DNA from: an uncultured Clostridia bacterium
Lineage (GTDB): Bacteria > Bacillota > Clostridia > Christensenellales > UBA1242
Direction of reading: 5' to 3'
Assembly: GCA_944376845.1 (NCBI GenBank)
Contig: CALWDZ010000006.1
Location: forward strand, 964-64,963
DNA length: 64,000 nt
A program made the translations under genes and the position numbers. A model generated the notes under the pieces. It ran no database searches. It worked only from the letters and a program-made list of their open reading frames with translations, and was not told where the DNA came from. Positions 38,448-47,786 of the stretch are shown here, one piece after another (positions within the stretch are counted from its first letter, which is position 1; the number at the start of each line of letters is the position of its first letter).

Positions 38448-38523
38448 GGGCAATTAACTCAGTTGGTAGAGTGTCACTTTGACGTAGTGGAAGTCAGGAG
38501 TTCGAGTCTCTTATTGCCCACCA
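38448..38523 (+). tRNA. tRNA-Val (anticodon GAC), CCA encoded
   Basis: Manual cloverleaf fold. Acceptor GGGCAAT/ATTGCCC is perfect, D stem ACTC/GAGT, anticodon stem TCACT/AGTGG with loop TTGACGT, T stem AGGAG/CTCTT with loop TTCGAGT, then A-CCA. Confidence 0.85.
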
Positions 38524-38530
38524 AATATAA

Positions 38531-38559
38531 AAACCGATTGCAAAAGCAATCGGTTTTTT
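38531..38559 (+). terminator. Rho-independent terminator after tRNA-Val
   Basis: Hairpin aaaccgattgc / gcaatcggttt followed by a T-run. Confidence 0.8.
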
Positions 38560-38611
38560 AATCAATATTTGTTTTTGTGTAAACTGTAAAAATTTTATTT
38601 TTTGTATAATT

Positions 38612-38646
38612 GTCATTCTGAGGCACTTTAGTGCCGTGAGAATCTC
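38612..38646 (+). repeat. A-type repeat unit
   Basis: gtcattctgaggcactttagtgccgtgagaatctc, with inner hairpin ggcac/gtgcc. Confidence 0.8.
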
Positions 38647-38757
38647 AAAAGATGCCTTGCCATCCCTAGATGCAACGCCACTAATGTTTAAGTTTGTAAA
38701 ATCATTTTATATTGTTTTTTATTGTATTTTTATATAGATTTATGATACTTTAAAGTT

Positions 38758-39432
38758 ATGGATAAATATATTGAACAAGTTTTTAAAAACAAAAAAGCAA
38801 ATATTGCAAAACTCCAAAAATATGGTTTTGTTTTGAATAATAATGTGTACATATATAAAAAATCAATATTAAATAACCAATTTGAAGTACAAATATCTAT
38901 TTCTGAAAAAGATATTGCTGGTGACATTAAAGAAATAGAAACCAATGAAGAATATACCTTACATCTTGCGCAAGATTATGTAGGTAGTTTTGTTGGAGAT
39001 GTCCGAAAAGCATACTCTGAGGTTTTGGAAGATATCTCTATAAATTGTTTTGATGATGATGTATTTAAAGGTGAAAAAGCAAAAGATATAATTGAATATA
39101 TATTCAATCGTTATGGTGATAAACTTGAATTCTTGTGGCCAAAGTTTTCTAACAATGCAATAGCAAGGAGAAAGGAAACGAGTAAGTGGTATTTGGTTTT
39201 GGTCAATATACAATTGAATAAACTTTCAACCTTATTTAAAAATAATAATGAATATAAAGATGTTTTGGTACTAAGAACAAGTGATGCAAAAAATTTAATT
39301 GATAACACTAAATTTTTTCCAGCGTATCATATGAACAAAAAAAATTGGATAAGCGTGCTACTTGACAGTGATGTTGATATAAATTTTGTTTATTCACTAA
39401 TAGACGATAGTTTTAATCTGGCAGTGAAATAG
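38758..39432 (+). CDS. MmcQ/YjbR-family (DUF419-like) DNA-binding protein with an extra N-terminal domain
   Basis: 224 aa. The C-terminal half '..WYLVLVNI....VLVLRTS.....FFPAYHMNKKNWISVLLD......VYSLIDDSFNL' follows the YjbR family pattern. Confidence 0.55.
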   Translation: MDKYIEQVFKNKKANIAKLQKYGFVLNNNVYIYKKSILNNQFEVQISISEKDIAGDIKEIETNEEYTLHLAQDYVGSFVGDVRKAYSEVLEDISINCFDDDVFKGEKAKDIIEYIFNRYGDKLEFLWPKFSNNAIARRKETSKWYLVLVNIQLNKLSTLFKNNNEYKDVLVLRTSDAKNLIDNTKFFPAYHMNKKNWISVLLDSDVDINFVYSLIDDSFNLAVK

Positions 39433-40324
39433 ATATTTCATCTACAAGGTTGGTGTGAATTATCTTTGAAAGGTCAGTAGATAGATATTTTTTATTGTCG
39501 TCAGCAAATACCGTGGCGACATTTTTATAACCAGAGAGCACACAACCTAAAAAATTTGCACCACCAGAAATGCCACAAGGAATACCCATACTGTTTAATT
39601 TTTGTGCCATTGCAATTGCATCATCGTCTGTTATTGGTATAATTTTATCTACAATACTCTCATCGTAAAGTTTTGGTATAAGTCCATCGGACAATCCTTG
39701 AATTTTATGTTCACCTTTGCTATAGCCAAGGGTTAAAATTGATGCAGAAGCAGGGTCTATGGCAATAATTTTTACACATTTTTGTTTTAAATATCCACCA
39801 GCACCGGAAAGTGTACCGCCCGTTCCCACACCACTTACAAAAGCATCGGGAGTGACTATTTTTAAGATTTCTTTTCCAATATTTTCTTGTGCGATTTTAT
39901 TATTTTCATTTTCAAACTGGCGAATATATGTGGCTTTATGTTCTATTGCATATTTTTGTGCTTGGTCAAAACACTCTTTAAAGTCATTGCATAAAACTAA
40001 CTTTGCACCATAAAGTGTTATAAGTTTTTTACGCTCATCACTCATATTTTTGGGCATAAAAATTGTGACCTTTAAACCTAAAAATGCGCCAAGACTTGCA
40101 AGTGAAATCCCCATATTTCCGCTCGTTACTTCTACAATTTCGTCACCACTTTCAAGGTTTGCCGCTTTTAACATCAAAAGTGCAGCACGGTCCTTGACTG
40201 AGCCTGAAAAATTATACCACTCACATTTTGCATAAATATTGCTTGTCTTGCCTTTGTAAAGGGTTTTTACATGTAATGTTGGAGTATTCCCAACAAAAGT
40301 TTTCAAATAATCATAGTGTTTCAT
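39413..40324 (-). CDS. cysK: PLP-dependent cysteine synthase family protein (CysK/CysM-like)
   Basis: 303 aa. The PLP-lysine motif 'GSVKDRAAL', 'TSGNMGISLA' and 'GVGTGGTLSGAG'. Confidence 0.75.
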   Translation of the reverse strand: MKHYDYLKTFVGNTPTLHVKTLYKGKTSNIYAKCEWYNFSGSVKDRAALLMLKAANLESGDEIVEVTSGNMGISLASLGAFLGLKVTIFMPKNMSDERKKLITLYGAKLVLCNDFKECFDQAQKYAIEHKATYIRQFENENNKIAQENIGKEILKIVTPDAFVSGVGTGGTLSGAGGYLKQKCVKIIAIDPASASILTLGYSKGEHKIQGLSDGLIPKLYDESIVDKIIPITDDDAIAMAQKLNSMGIPCGISGGANFLGCVLSGYKNVATVFADDNKKYLSTDLSKIIHTNLVDEISISLPD

Positions 40325-40419
40325 ATCACTTATGTTATGCCAAAATTTAAAATTTTGTCAAATTATTAAATTACTTGTATTTGTGCCCGGTTTGTTGTAT
40401 AATTTATTCAAATGGAGGA

Positions 40420-40902
40420 ATGATGGAAAAAGAATTTTTGAAAGTTTTCAAACCTAAAGAAGGTTGGATAGAAATAGATAAATCTTTATATTCAGTTTAT
40501 GGGCTTGATAAAAATTCACAAGCAAAAGTGGTTAGTGCTTATAAAATTGGGAATTTTTTGGAGGCAGAAAACACACTTACAATATACGATTACGGCAAAC
40601 AAAAGTCGCTTCTTGATGATATTGATGCAGAATATAAGGACTTACAACTTGATATTAAACTTCAAGATGAATATGGTGCTTTTCCAGAACATTGGGAACA
40701 TAAAGGCAATATGCTTTATAGTGTACTAAGACTAGTAAAATCTCCAAATATTCGTATGATTGATATTTTCTTAAATAATAATGGCAATATTTATTGTGTA
40801 CACACCTATCTTGATAAGTCTGATAAAGATTTGTCACTTGATGCAATTTGTAAAAAGTATAAGGATATAGGTTATATCTTAGATGAAATCGGGAATTTAT
40901 AA
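40420..40902 (+). CDS. Hypothetical protein
   Basis: The ORF start is set at the ATG preceded by GGAGGA (the track ORF begins at 40375). No recognisable motifs. Confidence 0.4.
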   Translation: MMEKEFLKVFKPKEGWIEIDKSLYSVYGLDKNSQAKVVSAYKIGNFLEAENTLTIYDYGKQKSLLDDIDAEYKDLQLDIKLQDEYGAFPEHWEHKGNMLYSVLRLVKSPNIRMIDIFLNNNGNIYCVHTYLDKSDKDLSLDAICKKYKDIGYILDEIGNL

Positions 40903-41500
40903 ACATAACTATGACATTTTGATGCAACAGCAGATAAATGGGTTAAAAAATAAGCCTAAAATTTTGCTTCATAGTTGTTGTGGACCCTGTTCATCTACAT
41001 GCATTGAAAGGCTTAAACCTTACTTTGATGTCACTGTGTTTTATTATAATCCAAACATCTATCCAAAAGAAGAATTTATAAAACGTCTTGAAACTCAAAA
41101 TAAAGTTTTAAGTTATTTTGATGTAGATTTAAAATATCTAGAATATAACGAGGAAGAATATTTGTCCAAAGTTCAAGGTCTTGAACTCGAAAAAGAGGGT
41201 GGCGAGCGTTGCAAAAAGTGTTTTTATTTGCGTCTTAAGAAAACTGCCGAATTTGCAAAACAAAATGGCTATGATTATTTCGGTACAACCCTAACTGTTA
41301 GTTCGCACAAAGATGAACAAATAATAAATAAAATTGGTGAAGAAATTTCTAATCAACTTAATATACCTTTCTTATATTCAGATTTTAAAAAACATGACGG
41401 CTACAAAAGAAGCATTGAACTTTCAAAACAATTAAATTTGTATAGACAAAATTATTGTGGATGCAGGTTTTCGTTAAGGAGAGATTTTGAAATACGCTAA
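40883..41500 (+). CDS. queH: Epoxyqueuosine reductase QueH (DUF208)
   Basis: 205 aa. The hallmark 'LLHSCCGPCSS' and C-terminal 'YRQNYCGC' cysteines of QueH. Confidence 0.85.
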   Translation: MKSGIYKHNYDILMQQQINGLKNKPKILLHSCCGPCSSTCIERLKPYFDVTVFYYNPNIYPKEEFIKRLETQNKVLSYFDVDLKYLEYNEEEYLSKVQGLELEKEGGERCKKCFYLRLKKTAEFAKQNGYDYFGTTLTVSSHKDEQIINKIGEEISNQLNIPFLYSDFKKHDGYKRSIELSKQLNLYRQNYCGCRFSLRRDFEIR

Positions 41501-42218
41501 ATATGTAAAACCTAAAAAAAATAAAGATTTAATCGGCACCATATCTTCTATTGTACTGTTAGTTGCATTTTTGGTGCTTGCTTTTTTTGTTGGTGTAATG
41601 TTTTATTGCAATGTTGCACTTGGATATTATCCAATATCGGGAACTAGTATGCAACCACTCATAAACGCAAGCGGGTTAAATACTGATTATGTTTATGCTA
41701 CTTATGATGTATCAAATGTCACTTATGGTGATGTCATCATTTTTCATCATCCAGATGCCACACAAGCAAGTGGTTATAGACAAGTTATAAAACGCGTTAT
41801 CGCACTTGGCGGTGACAATGTGATGATTAAAAATACATTTCGTCTAGTTGAAAATACCGACCAGACCTATTATGCACTTTACATTCAGTATGGTGGTGAA
41901 GGTGAGTTCGTTGAAGTTGATGAAGATTATGTGATTGACAAAACATCATATCGTTCACTATACTTTGGTGATTTTTATGTAGATGATGACCACGATAAGA
42001 CATTTCTTTTTGATGAATATGGCAATCCTTACATTCATTTAGAAGAAGGACAAATCTTTTATGCGGGTGATAATAGATTAAACTCAAACGATTGCTTTGA
42101 TTATGGTCCTCAAGAAGTTTCAAATATCGTTGCTGAAGTTAGGTATATAATTTATGGGGGAACAAACAGAATTTGGCAAGTAATACTGCAAATGCTAGGA
42201 ATATATAAATGGAACTAG
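41487..42218 (+). CDS. lepB: Signal peptidase I (S26 family)
   Basis: 243 aa. N-terminal TM, catalytic Ser box 'ISGTSMQPLI', Lys box 'VIKRVIALGGDNV', 'GDNRLNSNDCFDYG'. TTG start with AAGGAGAG RBS. Confidence 0.8.
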   Translation: MKYAKYVKPKKNKDLIGTISSIVLLVAFLVLAFFVGVMFYCNVALGYYPISGTSMQPLINASGLNTDYVYATYDVSNVTYGDVIIFHHPDATQASGYRQVIKRVIALGGDNVMIKNTFRLVENTDQTYYALYIQYGGEGEFVEVDEDYVIDKTSYRSLYFGDFYVDDDHDKTFLFDEYGNPYIHLEEGQIFYAGDNRLNSNDCFDYGPQEVSNIVAEVRYIIYGGTNRIWQVILQMLGIYKWN

Positions 42219-43303
42219 AAAAAATAGAACTTTATAACTTTCGCAATTACAAAAGCGCAAGCATAAGTTTTGATAGTGGCTTAAATGTTATCTGTGCAGA
42301 AAACGCACAGGGAAAAACCAATTTACTTGAAGCCATCTATTTTTGTGTTGTCGGAAAAAGTTTTCGTGCAACTAGAGAACGTGAAGTCATAAATATGCAA
42401 AGTGATATTGCAAAAATAAAAGTTTTTATTAAAAAGAATGTTGGAAAAAGCATAATTGAAATCATTTTTTCAAGAAAAGAAAAGAAAACTGTAAAAATTG
42501 ATGGCATTCCTATTAAAAGGCTTAGCGGATTACTTGGTGAGTTTAATGGTGTTTTTTTTGCGCCTGATGAACTAAAACTTATAAAAGAAAGTCCAGAAGA
42601 TAGACGACGATTTATGGACATAGATATTTCGCAAACAACCAAACAATATGTTTATATACTTTCACGCTATAATGAAATTTTGGCGAATAGAAACAAACAA
42701 TTAAAACAAAATATATCACGCCATGACCTTGAAAATATTATAAGTATTTGGGATGAACAACTTGCTGATTACGCACAAAAAATCAAAAAATATAGGCAAA
42801 ATTTTGTAATTTCGCTTTTGCCATATGCAAAAAAAGCACACGAATTTATTACCGACGGGAAAGAAGACCTTCGTGTTGAATATGTTACCATTAAAGAAAA
42901 CACAAAAGAAGAGATAATAAATAAACTAAAAACCAATTTAGAAAAAGATATTGCACTTGGTTACACAACCTATGGTGTGCATCGCGATGATATAAAGGTT
43001 ACAATAAATGGTGTTGATGTAAGGTCATATGGTTCACAAGGACAACAACGAACCGCGGCACTTTCGTTAAAACTTGCAGAACTTAGTATTATTGAAGAGA
43101 TAACACATACAAGGCCAGTACTACTACTTGATGATGTTTTAAGTGAACTTGACGATTCAAGAAAAAAACGTCTTCTAAAATATTGCCAGGGAACACAAAC
43201 GTTTATAACCTGTACAGCATTTAATTATCCCGATATAAAATGTAATAAGATAGAAATAAAAAATGGTGAGTGGAGTAAAATCGAACAATCTCAAAGTGTA
43301 TGA
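42209..43303 (+). CDS. recF: DNA replication and repair protein RecF
   Basis: 364 aa. 'LYNFRNY', Walker A 'AENAQGKTNLLEA', signature 'GSQGQQRTAALSLKLAE', Walker B 'VLLLDDVLSELD'. Confidence 0.9.
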   Translation: MELEKIELYNFRNYKSASISFDSGLNVICAENAQGKTNLLEAIYFCVVGKSFRATREREVINMQSDIAKIKVFIKKNVGKSIIEIIFSRKEKKTVKIDGIPIKRLSGLLGEFNGVFFAPDELKLIKESPEDRRRFMDIDISQTTKQYVYILSRYNEILANRNKQLKQNISRHDLENIISIWDEQLADYAQKIKKYRQNFVISLLPYAKKAHEFITDGKEDLRVEYVTIKENTKEEIINKLKTNLEKDIALGYTTYGVHRDDIKVTINGVDVRSYGSQGQQRTAALSLKLAELSIIEEITHTRPVLLLDDVLSELDDSRKKRLLKYCQGTQTFITCTAFNYPDIKCNKIEIKNGEWSKIEQSQSV

Positions 43304-43365
43304 GATGCTTCGTCAGCCGTCAGGAGAGCAAATCTCAGCATGACACATTTAAGTCATTCTGAGGA
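43304..43365 (+). repeat. Interspersed repeat modules (G-type cttcgtcagccgtcagg; A-type arms)
   Basis: gatgcttcgtcagccgtcaggagagcaaatctcagcatgacac resembles 14568-14608. gtcattctgagg (43353-43364) overlaps the stop of the - strand acyltransferase gene. Confidence 0.7.
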
Positions 43366-44205
43366 ATTTGAAGTATTTTGGTGCATATTTTCAAATTCTT
43401 CTTTGGATACATAATGGTAATATTCAAAACTACCATACTTATCTAACGTATCTTGCATCGCTTTTTGAGCACGGTTGCATAAATCTTCATTCCTTTCACG
43501 AATGTTTAGTGACAAGTCGGGGTAGATTGGGTCACAAATATACACACTTATTTTTGGACGTTTTTTGACAAGTCTTCTTAGTCCTTTGGTTTTTCTAAAA
43601 AGCAATATGTATGGAATAACTGGCACATTGTTTTTTGATGCAAAGTGGAAAGCACCGCTTTTAAAAGGTCTAAGGCGATTATAATATGGCCACATACTAC
43701 CTTCAGGGAAAACATGTACAAATCTATTTTTCTTTAAATAACAAGTTATTTGTCGATAAAAGTTCATATGTGCCTTTGGAGTTTCTGGAAGAGGCATAAC
43801 ACCAAAAGCGGACATAAGTTTGCCAACATATGGCACATCAAAATTTTCTTTTCTTGACACAATGTGAGAGCGGCGGAAGCGTTTTACAAAAGTTGTTGCA
43901 ATCATAAAGTCAACATAATGCACGTGATTTGAAATTGTTATTGCGCCACCTTTCACGTTTTTAAGTTTTTTCTTGCCATAAACTTTTATTCCAAGTCCAA
44001 TTTTCCCATATAGGAAAAATATTGGACGAGCGATAAAATGATAAAAAATAAATTGAAAAGTTCTAAAAAACCAACTTTTTTGATATTTATATTTATCATC
44101 AACAACAAGTTTGTTATGTTTTTTTGTGGTATTTTCAACAACAATGCCATCAGGAAACTCTGGCATTATCGCAATCTTTTCTTTTGAAAATATCATTTGT
44201 TGCAT
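43354..44205 (-). CDS. 1-acyl-sn-glycerol-3-phosphate acyltransferase family protein (PlsC-like)
   Basis: 283 aa. The HX4D motif 'SNHVHYVDF', 'FPEGS' and 'VPVIP' are the standard lysophospholipid acyltransferase blocks. Confidence 0.75.
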   Translation of the reverse strand: MQQMIFSKEKIAIMPEFPDGIVVENTTKKHNKLVVDDKYKYQKSWFFRTFQFIFYHFIARPIFFLYGKIGLGIKVYGKKKLKNVKGGAITISNHVHYVDFMIATTFVKRFRRSHIVSRKENFDVPYVGKLMSAFGVMPLPETPKAHMNFYRQITCYLKKNRFVHVFPEGSMWPYYNRLRPFKSGAFHFASKNNVPVIPYILLFRKTKGLRRLVKKRPKISVYICDPIYPDLSLNIRERNEDLCNRAQKAMQDTLDKYGSFEYYHYVSKEEFENMHQNTSNSSE

Positions 44206-44317
44206 GGTAATATAAGTATATCAAATTTTAACAAGTTGTCAAACACAAACCAATAAATGTTTGACTTTATGTCGCACATATATTATTATATTTAATAAGA
44301 TATTTAAGGAGAAAATT

Positions 44318-45442
44318 ATGGGTCTTTTTAATTTTATAAAAAAACAATTACTTGAAGTCATTGAGTGGAAAGATAGTTCAAAGGATACAATCGTTTATCG
44401 TTTTCCATTAACTGATAGAGATGAAATAATGACATCATCTACTTTGGTTGTTCGTGAAAGCCAAGTGGCAATATTTGTCCATAAAGGTGAAGTGGCAGAT
44501 GTTTTTCAGCCAGGTACATACAAACTTTCAACCGAGAACATACCATTTTTAACAAAAATTTTATCACTTCCAACAGGGTTTGAATCACCAATAAAGGCAG
44601 AAGTATATTTTGTCAACACAAAGCAGTTTGTTGGGCAAAAGTGGGGCACACAAAACCCAATAATGATGCGTGATAGCGAGTTTGGAACGGTTAGACTTCG
44701 TGGCTTTGGTGTTTATTCATTTAGAGTTAGTGATGCAAAACTTTTTATGAAAGAAGTTTTTGGTACAAATGAAGTTTATAAAGTTGAAGATGTTGCAACC
44801 CAAATCAAACCTATGCTCATTCAAGCAGTAACTGATGCAATTGCAGAAAGCAAAATTTCCGCCATTGACCTTGCTGCAAACTATAGAGAGTTTTCAAATG
44901 AAATTTTGAAATCTAGCGAACTTGAATTTTCAAAGTACGGGCTTAAACTTTGTAGCGTTGTAATTGAAAATCTTTCACTTCCAGAAGATGTTGAAAAGGC
45001 TCTTGACGAAAGGACAAAACTTGGAGTGCTTGAAGATAAAATGGGTACATACACTCAATATCAAGCGGCACAAGCAATACGTGATGCTGCACAAAATGAA
45101 AGCGGTGGAAATCTTGCTGGGCTTGGTGTAGGACTTGGTGCGGGTACAACCATTGGCGGAGTTTTTGCAAATAACATAACAACAGAAAATAAGCCAAAGG
45201 AAAAAACCACAACTTGTGAAAAATGCGGTGCCAAAATGCGTGAAGGTGCAAAGTTCTGCCCAGAGTGTGGAGCACCTCAAGGTGCTGTTTGTCCAAAATG
45301 TGGAAAGGCGGTTTCCAAAAATGCAAAGTTCTGCCCAGAATGCGGTGAGAATTTGAAAAAAGAAATAGTGTGCAAAAAGTGTGGTGCAAAAATTAAAAAA
45401 GGTGCAAAGTTCTGTCCAGAATGTGGCACAAAAGTGGAATAA
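44318..45442 (+). CDS. SPFH/band-7-like protein with three C-terminal zinc-ribbon repeats (YdjI/COG4260-like)
   Basis: The start is set at MGLFNFIKKQ.. with AAGGAGAA RBS (the track ORF begins at 44261). The N-terminal ~300 aa resemble YdjI-type SPFH proteins. The C-terminus has 3x 'C.KCG...(K/R).(G/N)AKFCPECG'. Confidence 0.7.
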   Translation: MGLFNFIKKQLLEVIEWKDSSKDTIVYRFPLTDRDEIMTSSTLVVRESQVAIFVHKGEVADVFQPGTYKLSTENIPFLTKILSLPTGFESPIKAEVYFVNTKQFVGQKWGTQNPIMMRDSEFGTVRLRGFGVYSFRVSDAKLFMKEVFGTNEVYKVEDVATQIKPMLIQAVTDAIAESKISAIDLAANYREFSNEILKSSELEFSKYGLKLCSVVIENLSLPEDVEKALDERTKLGVLEDKMGTYTQYQAAQAIRDAAQNESGGNLAGLGVGLGAGTTIGGVFANNITTENKPKEKTTTCEKCGAKMREGAKFCPECGAPQGAVCPKCGKAVSKNAKFCPECGENLKKEIVCKKCGAKIKKGAKFCPECGTKVE

Positions 45443-45445
45443 AAA

Positions 45446-46519
45446 ATGGCGGATACACAGTTTGAAACTATAATTAAAGGAACTCAAGACAAATGTTCTT
45501 CTTGCGGAGGACATTTGTATTTTTCACCTGAGGACCAATCACTTAAATGTGAATCTTGTGGCGGGCTTGAAAAGATTGTGTTTGACCATAACAACGAAAA
45601 GCACAATTATGAAGTAAATAGTGAAATAAAAGAAGAACATAAAAAATTCGCCGAAGAAAATAAAGTCTTTAAATGCTCTTCTTGTGGTGCAAATGTTGTA
45701 TTAAATAAATTAGATGTTGCTACTCGTTGCCCATATTGTGACAGTAGTATAGCAATTGCAGAAGATGTTGAAATAGGGCTTAGACCAGACTCTATTATAC
45801 CTTTTAAATTTGGGGCGGAAAAAGCATCCAAACTTTACAAAGACGGGCTCAAAAAGAAGTGGTTTTTGCCTAGTATTTTCAAAAAAAGTCCACCTATGGA
45901 CGAGATAAAAGGTGTATATGTTCCTTGTTTTAGTTTTGATGCAAAATCACACACGGTATATCGTGGTAGGCTTGGAAGAAATTATACTACGACGTCAAGA
46001 AATGGGCACACAAGAACACATACCACATATTTTTCAATTTCTGGTGCACGCGACTTTGAGCATCACGATATTTTGGTGGAAACAAGTTCGCATATCGACC
46101 AAATTGTTTTCAACGGTATAAAACCATATAATTTAAAAGAACTTGTGGTGTATAACGATGCGTTTATTCGTGGTTACAGTTTGGAGCATTATGACCAAGC
46201 ACTTGAAAATTGCAAAAAAGTTGCAAATAGCATAATGGAACAAACTATTCGCAATCAAATTTTGTCATCGTATACATATTCTTTTGTAGAAAGTTATAGC
46301 CAAAATGTAAGTTTAAGCGAAGAAAAGTATTCTTACTACATAGTTCCGACATATAGCGTAAAATATAAGTACAAAGGCAAAGACTACTTGACATATATGA
46401 ATGGGCAAACAGGTAAAGTTGGTGGAGGGCTTCCAAAATCGCCAGTCAAAATTACATTTTTTGTACTTATGTTAATTGCAATACTTGCAGGCATAATATT
46501 ATTGTTTTATTATTTCTAA
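45446..46519 (+). CDS. Double zinc-ribbon protein with C-terminal TM anchor (YdjG-like partner of the SPFH protein)
   Basis: 357 aa. 'CSSCGGHLYF...CESCGG' and 'CSSCGANV...CPYCDS', with the C-terminal TM 'ITFFVLMLIAILAGIILLFYYF'. It starts 3 nt after the upstream stop. Confidence 0.55.
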   Translation: MADTQFETIIKGTQDKCSSCGGHLYFSPEDQSLKCESCGGLEKIVFDHNNEKHNYEVNSEIKEEHKKFAEENKVFKCSSCGANVVLNKLDVATRCPYCDSSIAIAEDVEIGLRPDSIIPFKFGAEKASKLYKDGLKKKWFLPSIFKKSPPMDEIKGVYVPCFSFDAKSHTVYRGRLGRNYTTTSRNGHTRTHTTYFSISGARDFEHHDILVETSSHIDQIVFNGIKPYNLKELVVYNDAFIRGYSLEHYDQALENCKKVANSIMEQTIRNQILSSYTYSFVESYSQNVSLSEEKYSYYIVPTYSVKYKYKGKDYLTYMNGQTGKVGGGLPKSPVKITFFVLMLIAILAGIILLFYYF

Positions 46520-46600
46520 AATAAAATTTTGTATATCTAATGACACCGTTGTGTCTTGTCGAGCCATAGGCGAGATTCTTTTACAGTCATAAGTTTCCTT
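46520..46600 (-). repeat. Partial interspersed repeat in inverse orientation
   Basis: The reverse complement (..aaagaatctcgcctatggctcgacaagacac..) resembles 23568-23609. Confidence 0.55.
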
Positions 46601-46840
46601 TTAATACACATCTTCTGTGCTGTTAAAGTAATCTCGTGCAAAAAATTGCTCAAGAGTTATATTTGCACCAGCACATATCTTTTTTATTGTTATAACTTTT
46701 GGACATTTAATTTTTCCATACATAAAATCAAATATTGTGGATGGCGTTAGATTAGAATTTAAACAAAGTGATGTTAAATTGGTTTTATTTTCTTCCACAA
46801 GTTCTAAAATTCTTTTTTTTATTGCATCGTTTATGGTCAT
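46601..46840 (-). CDS. HTH-domain protein (XRE-like, divergent)
   Basis: 79 aa. '..NLTSLCLNSNLTPSTIFDFMYGK...ITIKKICAGANITLEQFF' resembles a Cro/C1 HTH. It starts 4 nt after the upstream XRE gene's stop. Confidence 0.5.
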   Translation of the reverse strand: MTINDAIKKRILELVEENKTNLTSLCLNSNLTPSTIFDFMYGKIKCPKVITIKKICAGANITLEQFFARDYFNSTEDVY

Positions 46841-46844
46841 ATAT

Positions 46845-47144
46845 TTATTTCTTTATAAATTCAATTAAATTTTTCTTTTTGTTCAGTGGCAAATTTTCAA
46901 TCAGAGTTTGCAATTCTAAATCTATTTCATAATCTTCAATATTTGAACTAAAAAATCTATCAATAGGGAATTCACAAACTTCTAAAATTTGTAATAGTTT
47001 TTCAACAGTGAGAACTATTCTGCCACTTTCAAGTTGTGCAACATATTGCGGGCTCATACCAATTCTTAAACTTACTTCTCTTGCAGAAAGCCCGGCTTTA
47101 TTTCTAATATATCCAATTCTTGATAAAATTTCTTTTACAGTCAT
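46845..47144 (-). CDS. XRE-family HTH transcriptional regulator
   Basis: 99 aa. 'IRNKAGLSAREVSLRIGMSPQYVAQLESGRIVLTVEKLLQILEV'. Confidence 0.75.
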   Translation of the reverse strand: MTVKEILSRIGYIRNKAGLSAREVSLRIGMSPQYVAQLESGRIVLTVEKLLQILEVCEFPIDRFFSSNIEDYEIDLELQTLIENLPLNKKKNLIEFIKK

Positions 47145-47305
47145 AGATTCCTCAGTAAAATTATAAGTTATTATTCATCTTTTACTGTGCACGGTGAGAC
47201 ATAAAATATTTTAAAAAAAGTCCAAAATGAATACTCAAAAACATAAATATATGTTATTATTATTAGCGATAGTATTCAATATATTTATTTTTGGAGTTTT
47301 TATTT

Positions 47306-47782
47306 ATGGAAATACATAAGATTTGTTCATTTTTTGGTCATAGGCATATTGAAATTAGTGAAGATTTGCGAATAAAGTTAAAGACCTTATTGGAAATGTT
47401 AATCATGGAACACAATTATACAACTTTTTATTTTGGTGGTTTTGGTGAGTTTGATGATTTGTGTTGGCAAATAATTACAGAGTTAAAACAAAAATATTGT
47501 TTCATTAAAAGAGTTTATGTTTGTGAAGATTTTAAATTTGTAGACAGACCACATAAACGCCCTGCTTGGCTAAAAGACAGTGATTATGAAGAATTTATTT
47601 ATTTAGATATGGACTACAAAGGATTTTATAAAAGAATATATTTTCGTAATTGTGAAATTATTAAGCAAAGTGATTGTGTTATTTTTTACGTTGAAAGGTT
47701 TGAAAATAGCAATGCCTATAAAGCATTGAAATTTGCAATAATAAAAAGGGTAAAATGTATTAACATCGCCAACTATATTTAA
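47306..47782 (+). CDS. DUF1273/YpsA-like SLOG-domain protein (paralog of 23022-23474)
   Basis: 'ICSFFGHRHI....YTTFYFGGFGEFDDLCWQIITELKQKYCFIKRVYV' shows the same motif order as the other copy. The start is set at ATG 47306 (the track ORF begins at 47291). Confidence 0.5.
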   Translation: MEIHKICSFFGHRHIEISEDLRIKLKTLLEMLIMEHNYTTFYFGGFGEFDDLCWQIITELKQKYCFIKRVYVCEDFKFVDRPHKRPAWLKDSDYEEFIYLDMDYKGFYKRIYFRNCEIIKQSDCVIFYVERFENSNAYKALKFAIIKRVKCINIANYI

Positions 47783-47786
47783 ACAT

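Noticed and set aside
44943-45514. 148-aa and 179-aa - strand ORFs
   Set aside because: They are antisense to the zinc-ribbon repeat region and the start of the next gene. The repeats propagate an open antisense frame, and the sense-strand genes have clear motifs.
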